DNA of 64,000 nucleotides from Actinomycetes bacterium (GTDB lineage Bacteria; Actinomycetota; Acidimicrobiia; Acidimicrobiales; JABEUL01): NCBI GenBank assembly GCA_021777355.1, contig JAJYDO010000003.1, positions 8,332 to 72,331 of the forward strand, read 5' to 3'. Shown piece by piece: positions 1 to 7,444 of this stretch (position 1 is its first letter; each line of letters starts with the position of its first letter). The notes under the pieces were generated by a model. It saw only the letters and a program-made list of their open reading frames with translations, ran no database searches and was not told where the DNA came from. The position numbers and the translations under genes were made by a program.

Positions 1-564
1 TCCACTAAAGGACACGTAGATCCCTCGTTTTTCACACTCCTTAAGCTCGTCTACTCCCCCAGTAAAACAATGTATGACGGTTTTTTCCGGAATGCCTTCG
101 TGGTCCAGAGTCAAAAATGTATCTTCCCAAGCGTCTCTTGTATGAATAACAAGGGCTAAGTCAAATTCCTGTGCCAATTTGATTTGGGAGGAAAAAACAT
201 CCTTCTGCGCTTTTTTGGGTGAGTGCTCGTAGTAGTAGTCCAACCCGCATTCACCTACCGCAACTATCACCCCTGGTTTATCTGCTGTTGTTTTTCGCAC
301 AAAGTTTGATAAATCGCCAATACCACCTTTTGCCTCATGGGGGTGGACGCCAACTGCTGCCCAAATCCCATCCAGGTTGATTCGATCTTTCTGAGCAGAA
401 GCTTTGATATTGCTAACTATCTCACAAACTTGTAAAGAGCTGCTAAAGTCAGTTCCAACGACAACCATTCTGGTTACGCCGTTGTCACAAGCATCCTTGA
501 CTACCTCATACGGAGATGGTTCATCATGCAAGTGACAGTGAGTATCAAACCAAGTTGAACTCAC
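1..564 (-). CDS. tatD: TatD-family metal-dependent hydrolase/DNase; the 3' end runs off the window
   Basis: Absent from the ORF track because it is open at the window edge. Reverse-strand translation from GTG at 564 gives VSSTWFDTHCHLHDEP...GECGLDYYY...VIHTRDA...IHCFTG, which are TatD signature blocks. The GTG start overlaps the metG stop as GTGA (561-564). Confidence 0.8.
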   Translation of the reverse strand, partial: MSSTWFDTHCHLHDEPSPYEVVKDACDNGVTRMVVVGTDFSSSLQVCEIVSNIKASAQKDRINLDGIWAAVGVHPHEAKGGIGDLSNFVRKTTADKPGVIVAVGECGLDYYYEHSPKKAQKDVFSSQIKLAQEFDLALVIHTRDAWEDTFLTLDHEGIPEKTVIHCFTGGVDELKECEKRGIYVSFSG

Positions 565-2117
565 TTCTTCGACTCTCCGGAGTTTTTGGAATTTTTTCCA
601 AGCCTCGGAAAAAGAGGGCTGCCTTTGGTGACAGGGAGTGAACCTGGGTATAACCCCCATATGGCAGCATCATCAAGCCTTGCGCTTTCAATTTCGGCTT
701 CAAGTCCAATTCTGTTCCATATAACCTGTGCTGATTTTGGAATTGCAGGGAAAATTAATAAGGCTACCAATCGAAGCACTTCTAGGGCATCGCCTAAAAT
801 TCCTTCGAGTTCAACTCCGGGTTCCATTTTCCAGGGTTCATTCTGCTCAAGCATGGCATTGGCCAGATAAATTAACTCAAAAGTGGCCTCTAAACCTGCA
901 GAAGGTGCAGTATTTTCCCAAGCATCTCTTACTCTGCCAATTATTTCGTCGAAATTTTTCTTAAGTGGAGAGTTCTCTCTCGGCTTTGGTCCAATGCCAG
1001 CGCATTTGTTGGAAACTACAGTTGAAACTCGGGCCAAAAGATTCCCGAGGTTATTAGAAAGATCAGCGTCATGCCTTCTAATCAGTCCTTCATAAGTAAA
1101 ATCCCCGTCTGGACCAAAGGGCGTATCTCTTAATAGGTGATACCTAAGAGTGTCGAGTCCTACTTCTTCTGCAAGTACAACGGGATCAATTTTGTTGAGC
1201 TTAGACTTCGACATCTTTTCACCCTTAACAAGAAGCCAGCCATGTACAAAGATGTGATTCGGAGGATCTATTCCCGCTGCCATGCACATAGCCGGCCACC
1301 AGACGCAGTGAAATCTAACAATTTCCTTCCCTATGAGATGATGCACACTGGGCCACCATGTGTTAAATCTCTCCGAATCGTTGCCGTAGCCAAGGGCAGT
1401 TACATAATTAATCAAAGCGTCATACCATACGTAAAAAACATGATTGGTGTCCCAGGGAACCGGCACGCCCCACTTGATGGAGGTTCTCGTAATCGAGATA
1501 TCCTGCAACCCCGATTTAATAAATGAAAGAGCTTCGTTTCTCCTGGTAGATGGCTCTACCCAGTTAGGATTTTCGCCATAGAGCTTCTCCAGCTTGTCTT
1601 GAAACTTAGAAAGCTTGAAAAAATAGTTTTCCTCTTGAACTACTTCGACTTTTGTGCCGTGAACAGGACAATTGCCGTCGCTTAGTTCACTTTCTGTGTA
1701 ATAAGCCTCACATCCCACGCAGTAGAGGCCTTCCCAACTGCCCAGCTCGATGAAGCCGTTGTCATAAATTGCCTGCAAAAACTTGGAAACTGCTTGGTAG
1801 TGGCGAGGTTCTGTTGTCCTGATGAAGTCGTCAGGCTTGATCTCAAGTGCCTCCCAGGCATCTTTGAAGCGCTGGCTTGTGATGTCTGCCCACTCTATTG
1901 GCGTCATTGACTTTTCATCGGCGGCTTGTTGAACTTTGAGACCATGCTCATCGGTTCCGGTGAGGAAAAATACCTCATCACCAGCCAGTCTGTGCCATCT
2001 GGCCAGTGCATCGGCGTGCAGGGTGCAATAGGCATGTCCGACGTGCGGAGCGTCGTTGACATAATAGATGGGTGTGGTTACTGCAAAACGTTTTACATCC
2101 TCGTAGGCTATGGACAT
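561..2117 (-). CDS. metG: Methionine--tRNA ligase (short form, 518 aa)
   Basis: Contains the class I motifs HVGHAY (HIGH) and KMSKS, plus Cys knuckles CVGCEAYY and CPVHG. I moved the start from the ORF-track 2261 to the ATG at 2117 (MSIAYEDVKRFAVTTPIYYVND). The 48 upstream codons look non-coding and overlap the divergent Nudix gene. Confidence 0.9.
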   Translation of the reverse strand: MSIAYEDVKRFAVTTPIYYVNDAPHVGHAYCTLHADALARWHRLAGDEVFFLTGTDEHGLKVQQAADEKSMTPIEWADITSQRFKDAWEALEIKPDDFIRTTEPRHYQAVSKFLQAIYDNGFIELGSWEGLYCVGCEAYYTESELSDGNCPVHGTKVEVVQEENYFFKLSKFQDKLEKLYGENPNWVEPSTRRNEALSFIKSGLQDISITRTSIKWGVPVPWDTNHVFYVWYDALINYVTALGYGNDSERFNTWWPSVHHLIGKEIVRFHCVWWPAMCMAAGIDPPNHIFVHGWLLVKGEKMSKSKLNKIDPVVLAEEVGLDTLRYHLLRDTPFGPDGDFTYEGLIRRHDADLSNNLGNLLARVSTVVSNKCAGIGPKPRENSPLKKNFDEIIGRVRDAWENTAPSAGLEATFELIYLANAMLEQNEPWKMEPGVELEGILGDALEVLRLVALLIFPAIPKSAQVIWNRIGLEAEIESARLDDAAIWGLYPGSLPVTKGSPLFPRLGKNSKNSGESKK

Positions 2118-2577
2118 GATTAACACTGTACGCGCCGCAGGAGGAATAATTTGGCGAAATGCCAAAAATGATACAAAAAGTGAACATTTTGAGGCGGCTG
2201 ACTTGGAAATAATTGTGATACACCGGCCTTCGTATCTGGATTGGTCCTTCCCAAAAGGCAAGGTAGACCCAGGTGAAACTGAACCTGAGTGCGCAATTCG
2301 GGAAGTAATTGAAGAAACCGGTCTTGTATGTGAGCTTCAAGTCGAGCTCCCGTCAGTCCACTATATAGACCGGGGAGGAAAAGATAAGACCGTTAGGTAC
2401 TGGAAGATGGTGGAAACTGGGGGGAAAAATACCGAATCCCCGAAACCCTCGCCTGTAGCCTACGGCGAAGTTGATATCGTGCGGTGGGTATCAGTTGAGG
2501 AAGCATTCGACCTTTTAACCTATGAGAGAGACAAGATAGTTTTAAAAGACTTTGTCGAAACTTTTGACTTTATTTAA
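2110..2577 (+). CDS. Nudix hydrolase
   Basis: Carries the Nudix box GKVDPGETEPECAIREVIEETGL (GX5EX7REUXEEXGU). The start is ATG 2110 or ATG 2116. The 3' end overlaps convergent rsmI by 8 nt. Confidence 0.85.
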   Translation: MDMINTVRAAGGIIWRNAKNDTKSEHFEAADLEIIVIHRPSYLDWSFPKGKVDPGETEPECAIREVIEETGLVCELQVELPSVHYIDRGGKDKTVRYWKMVETGGKNTESPKPSPVAYGEVDIVRWVSVEEAFDLLTYERDKIVLKDFVETFDFI

Positions 2578-3397
2578 TCCTTACAATTGAGTAAATTTGG
2601 CGCCTGGTTGCTCCATACTTCTTAGACAGAATCTCCACGGCTTCTTTGGGGTCTAAATCTTTAACTAATTTTTGATAAATCTCTTTTAATTCAATAGCCT
2701 CGGGAAGCGATGCTTTCTCAACGCTCACTTTCTCCAGAATTAAGACATATTCCCCCTTTGGATTTTCAATTTGTCTTATCGCCTCTCCGATTGTTCCTCT
2801 GAAAACTTCTTCATGGATTTTGGTCAACTCTCGTGCAACTGCGATCTTTCGATTCTCTCCACAGACAAGAGCCAACTCCTCCAAGGTCTTTATGACTCGG
2901 TGGGGCCCTTCATAGAGTATTGAAGTGTACGGAAGACTCGCTAAAAACTCCATTCGCTTTTTTCTCTCGCTGGCTTTTCTGGGAAAAAAGCCTTCAAAGA
3001 AAAACTGGCTTGTCTCTAATCCGCTTACAACTAAAGCCGAGATCAACGCCGATGGACCTGGAATGGATACCACACTGTGGTTTTTCTCGAGAACTATTTC
3101 AACTAGTTTTTCTCCAGGATCTGAGATTAATGGCGTACCGGCGTCGGAAAGAAGAGCCACATCAAAGCCCCCGTCAAGCCACTCAAGTATTTTCGGAATT
3201 TTAGATCGTTCATTCTCTCCGAATAGTGAAGTTACAGTCTTTTCTTTTAAAGAAATATCAAAATAGGTGAAAAGATGGCTTGACCTTCTGGTGTCTTCAC
3301 ATGCAATAAATTGCACATTTTTGAGAGTTTCAATTGCCCTTTGGGAAAAATCACCCAAATTTCCAATTGGCGTTGAAACTAGATAAAGAGTGGCCAA
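2570..3397 (-). CDS. rsmI: 16S rRNA (cytidine1402-2'-O)-methyltransferase
   Basis: The N-terminus LYLVSTPIGNLGDFSQRAIETLKNVQFIACEDTRRS and the 275-aa length are typical of RsmI (tetrapyrrole-methylase fold). Confidence 0.9.
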   Translation of the reverse strand: MATLYLVSTPIGNLGDFSQRAIETLKNVQFIACEDTRRSSHLFTYFDISLKEKTVTSLFGENERSKIPKILEWLDGGFDVALLSDAGTPLISDPGEKLVEIVLEKNHSVVSIPGPSALISALVVSGLETSQFFFEGFFPRKASERKKRMEFLASLPYTSILYEGPHRVIKTLEELALVCGENRKIAVARELTKIHEEVFRGTIGEAIRQIENPKGEYVLILEKVSVEKASLPEAIELKEIYQKLVKDLDPKEAVEILSKKYGATRRQIYSIVRIK

Positions 3398-3400
3398 GAA

Positions 3401-3730
3401 CTAATCCTTGATCTCGAGAACATCGCCGACATTAAGCCCCCATCTTTCAAAAGCACCGGATTCAGCTTCTAATACGTTGTGGGCCTTAATTGATGGCATT
3501 GATACTCGCCAGGGCTTAACTGACCTTGTGGCTAGCACCTTTAAGTCTCGGTCTAAAAATGCAACATCTATGGAAAAATGCATTCCAAAAGTATGAACAC
3601 CTTTGGTGTTTCTAATCAACATGGCACCATCAAAACTTTTGCGCCCAAGCAACCCTTTAGTTTTCTGAGGAAGTGTTACCGCTTGTTCACAGGATGCTAA
3701 AACCCTTTGATCATCTAAGAGCCATGCCAT
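3401..3730 (-). CDS. DUF192-family small protein
   Basis: 109 aa. The pattern GLLGRKSFDGAMLI...VHTFGMHFSIDVAFLD...VLEAESGAF matches my recollection of DUF192. It sits tightly packed between ychF and rsmI. Confidence 0.65.
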   Translation of the reverse strand: MAWLLDDQRVLASCEQAVTLPQKTKGLLGRKSFDGAMLIRNTKGVHTFGMHFSIDVAFLDRDLKVLATRSVKPWRVSMPSIKAHNVLEAESGAFERWGLNVGDVLEIKD

Positions 3731-3740
3731 TTTCCATCAC

Positions 3741-4832
3741 CTACACATTAAATCTAATTTCCATAACGTCGCCGTCGGCTACAACATAGTCCTTGCCCTC
3801 AAGCCGTATTTTGCCGCTCACCTTTGCTTCGTGCCAGCTGCCGATTTCTAATAACAGGTCCCAAGCAATTACTTCGGCCTTGATGAAACCTCTTTGCAAG
3901 TCGGAGTGAATCACGCCCGCGCACACCGGTGCAGTGGAACCCTGACGAAAAGTCCAGGCCCTGGATTCCTTGTCACCTGTGGTAAAGAAGGTTCTAAGGC
4001 CTAAGAGTTCATGTGAGGCCTGAGCTACCCTGGCAAGTGCGCCTTGTCCAAGTCCGAGTTCTTCCAGCATCTCTTTTTTCTCAAGAGGCTCCATCTGAGC
4101 AGCTTCTGCTTCAAATTGGACACAAACCCCTAAAACCTCTCCCGACCCTTTGAAAACATCTTTTACACCCTTTATAATTTCATCATCTGAGCCAATCTGG
4201 TCTTCCGAAATGTTGACCACTGCAAAAGCTTTTTTACCCGTAAGCAAAAAAACATCTTTTAAAAGCTCTCGCTTCTCCTCACTTAAATCGGATCGATAAA
4301 TAGGGACTCCGGCTTCTAAAATGGTCTGGGCTTCTTCCATGGAGGCTATCTGAGGAAATAAAGACTTATCTCCTTTAGAACTTCTCCGCTTTTTGGTGAG
4401 TTGTGACTCAATAGCTGCTAAATCTGCAATTACTAACTCTAATTCCAACTCCAAAAGAGCCTCTGTTGGATCTGAAGATCCGACAATGTTTTCATCCACG
4501 AAGCTCCTCAGCACGAAACATAGTGCGTCGACTTCCCTGACTCCGGCCAAAAGCTTATTTCCAAGCCCTTCCCCTTTGCTCGCACCCGGAGCGAGCCCGG
4601 CAATATCTACTATTTCCACGCCTGCCGGCACAATCTTTTTGGAATGGCTCATTTCGGCCAATGACATAAGGCGCGAATCTGGGACCTGGGCTACACCGGC
4701 TGCGCTCTGGGAAGTTGTGTAGGGATGAGGCGCAACAGGAGTTGAAAGTCCTGTTAGAGCGTTAAATAAAGAGGATTTACCTGAATTTGGTTGACCGATT
4801 AAACCTACATGCTCCACACTTTGACAATACAT
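3741..4832 (-). CDS. ychF: Ribosome-binding ATPase YchF (Obg-like GTPase family)
   Basis: Has the P-loop GLIGQPNSGKSSLFNALTG and the C-terminal TGS-like block RAWTFRQGSTAPVCAGVIHSDLQRGFIKAEV. The start is set to ATG 4832; a GTG 15 nt downstream is also possible. The ORF-track start at 4982 would run across the opposite-strand bL37-like gene. Confidence 0.9.
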   Translation of the reverse strand: MYCQSVEHVGLIGQPNSGKSSLFNALTGLSTPVAPHPYTTSQSAAGVAQVPDSRLMSLAEMSHSKKIVPAGVEIVDIAGLAPGASKGEGLGNKLLAGVREVDALCFVLRSFVDENIVGSSDPTEALLELELELVIADLAAIESQLTKKRRSSKGDKSLFPQIASMEEAQTILEAGVPIYRSDLSEEKRELLKDVFLLTGKKAFAVVNISEDQIGSDDEIIKGVKDVFKGSGEVLGVCVQFEAEAAQMEPLEKKEMLEELGLGQGALARVAQASHELLGLRTFFTTGDKESRAWTFRQGSTAPVCAGVIHSDLQRGFIKAEVIAWDLLLEIGSWHEAKVSGKIRLEGKDYVVADGDVMEIRFNV

Positions 4833-4871
4833 GTATTTGAAGAGGGGTTTTTGCTTTCCCAGATTTACGTG

Positions 4872-4877
4872 TAATAT
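4872..4877 (+). promoter_or_regulatory. Candidate -10 hexamer (TAATAT) for a leaderless bL37-like transcript
   Basis: TAATAT ends 6 nt before the ATG at 4884. There is no Shine-Dalgarno sequence between them. This spacing fits actinobacterial leaderless mRNAs. Confidence 0.3.
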
Positions 4878-4883
4878 ATTGAC

Positions 4884-4967
4884 ATGTCCAAAAGAACTGT
4901 AAAGCGCAAGCTTCGCGCAAAAAAGAAAGCAAATCACGGCAAGAAGCCCAACTGCGGCAGGCGCTGA
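4884..4967 (+). CDS. 27-aa basic mini-protein resembling actinobacterial ribosomal protein bL37
   Basis: Below the ORF-track length cutoff. ATG 4884 to TGA 4965-4967 encodes MSKRTVKRKLRAKKKANHGKKPNCGRR. The KANHGK(K/R)PN core matches my memory of mycobacterial bL37 (MAKRGRKKRDRKHSKANHGKRPNA). Confidence 0.6.
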   Translation: MSKRTVKRKLRAKKKANHGKKPNCGRR

Positions 4968-5211
4968 TCCCAAAGAGGGCATTTTATTTCATTTTTAGGC
5001 ATTTGATCTTTTCTGGCCGGCAAGTTAATTAGTCGTTAAATAATTTGTCAGCTACCTCTTAACTTAAAAATCTTAAATCCGAGAATCAATACTCGTCATC
5101 CCCATTATCGAGATACGCTCAGAAGCTGCTTAATCATCTGGCTTCAACGTCGAGCTATTAACGGGTGGAACTATCACATTACATCCAGAGCTAAAAGAGT
5201 TCAAAGTTAAT

Positions 5212-5973
5212 CTATTTAGTTACAACACGTAAAGAGTTGAGCATGTCTTGGCCAAGTGTCATGCCGAATTTAAGCTCAACGTATTGAAGAGTTAGCTTGG
5301 CTTTATCAGCTTTCAAATTGGGATCAGCATTTATAATCTCCTGAGGAGTCCGAAGGCCGGCTACGTCAACGGCGCTTAAAAATTCAAATGTAATGCCATA
5401 CTTTGGAATGTACCCTCTAATGACTTCAACAGAAGGCATTGAATCTGAATTGTTTACCATCATCGAAGTTTGAGGGACTGTAAAAGTAGACACAACTACG
5501 CTCAAATTTCCAATTAAAGTCTTGTTTTGATCCACCGTGATTGCCTTCATATTAAATGTTGGAAGAATGTTCGCCTCACCGAGCACTGCTACTGTCCACG
5601 GCTGGGGCATGGCAATGAGGGGACAAATAGTAAAAGGAGCGCCCGTAGGGCGAGCATTTTCGACCATTATGTATTGGTCGCTACATGGCGCCGACTCAAG
5701 GCCATCCCAGCTTGTCGATTGGTTTATCACGATCCAATTGTCCGGGACTTGAATGGAAATTGGCCCGAAAGACGAAAGTGTCGTCGATATGGTTGTGCCA
5801 CCTAAATCAAAAGTAGTTAAGGCAGTCGAAGCAGGAAAGGTTTGCTTATTTGTGGCTGTCGAACAACTTGCAATGAAAAAAGGCATTGCAAGGCATAAAC
5901 AAATGCGCAAAATTAAAGTCGAACAGCGAGGCACTTTAAAAGCTGGTTCAACTTTAATAGGCATTACCTTCAT
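5212..5973 (-). CDS. Hypothetical lipoprotein
   Basis: From ATG 5973 the product starts MKVMPIKVEPAFKVPRCSTLILRICLCLAMPFFIASCSTA, a signal peptide with a lipobox-like FIAS-C. I recognise no other motifs. Confidence 0.55.
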   Translation of the reverse strand: MKVMPIKVEPAFKVPRCSTLILRICLCLAMPFFIASCSTATNKQTFPASTALTTFDLGGTTISTTLSSFGPISIQVPDNWIVINQSTSWDGLESAPCSDQYIMVENARPTGAPFTICPLIAMPQPWTVAVLGEANILPTFNMKAITVDQNKTLIGNLSVVVSTFTVPQTSMMVNNSDSMPSVEVIRGYIPKYGITFEFLSAVDVAGLRTPQEIINADPNLKADKAKLTLQYVELKFGMTLGQDMLNSLRVVTK

Positions 5974-6172
5974 CGTACCTTGGCGGATACTTGTTTCGCA
6001 ACATAATGAGCCTTGGCACCTTGCCAATGAAGCGCCAAAACCCCCCGGCTTTGGCAGCAACTCTTTGGCCATTTGGCTTCCTTCCCTTACTAAAGGGCTT
6101 ATTTTTTGTCAAGTTTTTGATAATTATTTTATGGTGCGCACTTAACGAAGTGAGTTTGTATTCCCTCATAGC

Positions 6173-6228
6173 AAGGCAAGTTGTCGCGGGAGATTTTAAA
6201 AAGGCAAGTTGTCGCGGGAGATTTTAAA
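6173..6228. repeat. Perfect tandem duplication of a 28-bp unit
   Basis: AAGGCAAGTTGTCGCGGGAGATTTTAAA occurs at 6173-6200 and again, identical and directly abutting, at 6201-6228. Confidence 0.95.
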
Positions 6229-6383
6229 ACAGAAAGCACTTACCGGAAAAGTAGTGTTTAAGGAGCCATTTAACACGTGCTAATTCCAACACTCAGTTTT
6301 TTGTGCCAGCTCTATTCGATGACCAGAGGCACGATATGTACCTTATGTACCTGCAGAAAAAGTCCTAAGGGTTTGCTAATGGT

Positions 6384-6479
6384 GTTAACTATTTAGAGTT
6401 TGTTAACATTGTTAATGTTGTTAATCGATTGATACTTGTTAACTCTGTTAATGCTTTGCGGCCTGTTAATGTTGTTAAC
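6384..6479. repeat. 9-bp-phased array of eight TGTTAAY motifs
   Basis: GTTAAC or GTTAAT starts at 6384, 6402, 6411, 6420, 6438, 6447, 6465 and 6474. Each copy is preceded by T, and every spacing is 9 or 18 bp. Degenerate units fill the skipped registers and continue to about 6500. Confidence 0.9.
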
Positions 6480-6519
6480 TTTGTTGGGTTATGTTTGTAA
6501 ATTACGCCGATTAGCGCAG

Positions 6520-6819
6520 TTACTCGCGAAGAGCCTTGCGGATGAGATCGGCTTTGGTGATCCCTTCGAATTGAGCAAGCTCCGCTGCTTTCTTGGCCAA
6601 ATCCTTACCCAGCCTTACAGATTCAACAGGAGCCGCTTCGGATTCCAACATTGGATGCCGTCCTGGACCTGGCCGCATCTTAATTTTGGTGAGATCATAT
6701 TCCATCTCGGCTTCTGCGATAGTATTTTCGAGAAAATCCTCAGTGATTTCACGACCTGATGCGGTTATTCCAAATTTCTTACCCATTGTTCTTTCCATTC
6801 GTCGAATGGTGGATTTCAT
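6520..6819 (-). CDS. Ribbon-helix-helix (CopG/BrnA-like) antitoxin-type DNA-binding protein
   Basis: The C-terminus VESVRLGKDLAKKAAELAQFEGITKADLIRKALRE is a classic beta-alpha-alpha RHH. The gene starts 5 nt downstream of a toxin-like reading frame. M1, M8 and M12 are all possible starts. Confidence 0.7.
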   Translation of the reverse strand: MKSTIRRMERTMGKKFGITASGREITEDFLENTIAEAEMEYDLTKIKMRPGPGRHPMLESEAAPVESVRLGKDLAKKAAELAQFEGITKADLIRKALRE

Positions 6820-6823
6820 ACTT

Positions 6824-7030
6824 CTATCTACAACCTATTGGTTGAATTACCAACATCTCAGCATCTAGTCGCTTACGGACGACGACGTTCAGGAGGGGTA
6901 CCGATCTTTCGGGACCGATAACAAGCATGGCGCCATCTTTAAGCTCATCTACGGCAACTACCATTTCAACGGCGTGCATGATATCTTCGTCTTTAATCCC
7001 GAGCTATCGAGCTAATTCGAAAAGCTCCAC
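6824..7030 (-). pseudogene. BrnT-like small toxin gene interrupted by an in-frame TAG at codon 9
   Basis: The reverse frame reads VELFELAR*LGIKDEDIMHAVEMVVAVDELKDGAMLVIGPERSVPLLNVVVRKRLDAEMLVIQPIGCR*. The TAG lies at 7004-7006. The frame is otherwise intact, and it pairs toxin-first with the RHH gene. The family assignment is from memory of the pattern. Confidence 0.5.
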
Positions 7031-7444
7031 ACATAGTTATCGTAATGCGCAAATAATCCGAGGTCAAGTGCCCTAAATGAAGTTATCTGGGGTGGACTTT
7101 AGTAAATCTGAGCCTGCCCTCGTCCGACCTTGCCTTCGGAACTCAGAGTCTTGTAAACCTATACAATCTACTTATTCACCATTGTCGTAATCTCGTTGTT
7201 CTTTCACGCAAACGCGGACCAAAGCTTAATGTTATAGCAGGAGATATATCAAAAAGAAGCGAAATGGCACTAGGCGCGATCAGCCTCAGAGTCACTCTTC
7301 GACTTCAAGATGGCACTGAGCTAGGTGCTGAATGAAAATCATTCGCTACTTTTGGCTCTTCGTTGCCTAAAGAACTGGCACTTTCATCAGTAGAAAGGCC
7401 ATGTTCTAACCTTTGAGAATTAGATTCCACGATAACTTTGCTTG

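Noticed and set aside
2118-2261. N-terminal extensions offered by the ORF track: metG to 2261, ychF to 4982, lipoprotein to 6072, tatA to 46084, nfu to 35685 and MFS to 31847
   Set aside because: The extensions lack homology-like sequence and overlap neighbouring genes or their starts. Internal ATG or GTG codons give canonical N-termini, in several cases with a visible Shine-Dalgarno sequence.
6173-6228. Possible CRISPR repeat pair
   Set aside because: There are only two copies. They abut directly with no spacer, and there are no cas genes or further repeats in the window.
6436-6759. 107-aa plus-strand ORF (MLTLLMLCGLLMLLTLLGYV...) that looks like a Leu-rich membrane peptide
   Set aside because: Its N-terminal 'hydrophobic' part is simply the translation of the 9-bp TGTTAAY repeats. 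The remainder is antisense to the well-supported RHH gene. It has no ribosome-binding site.
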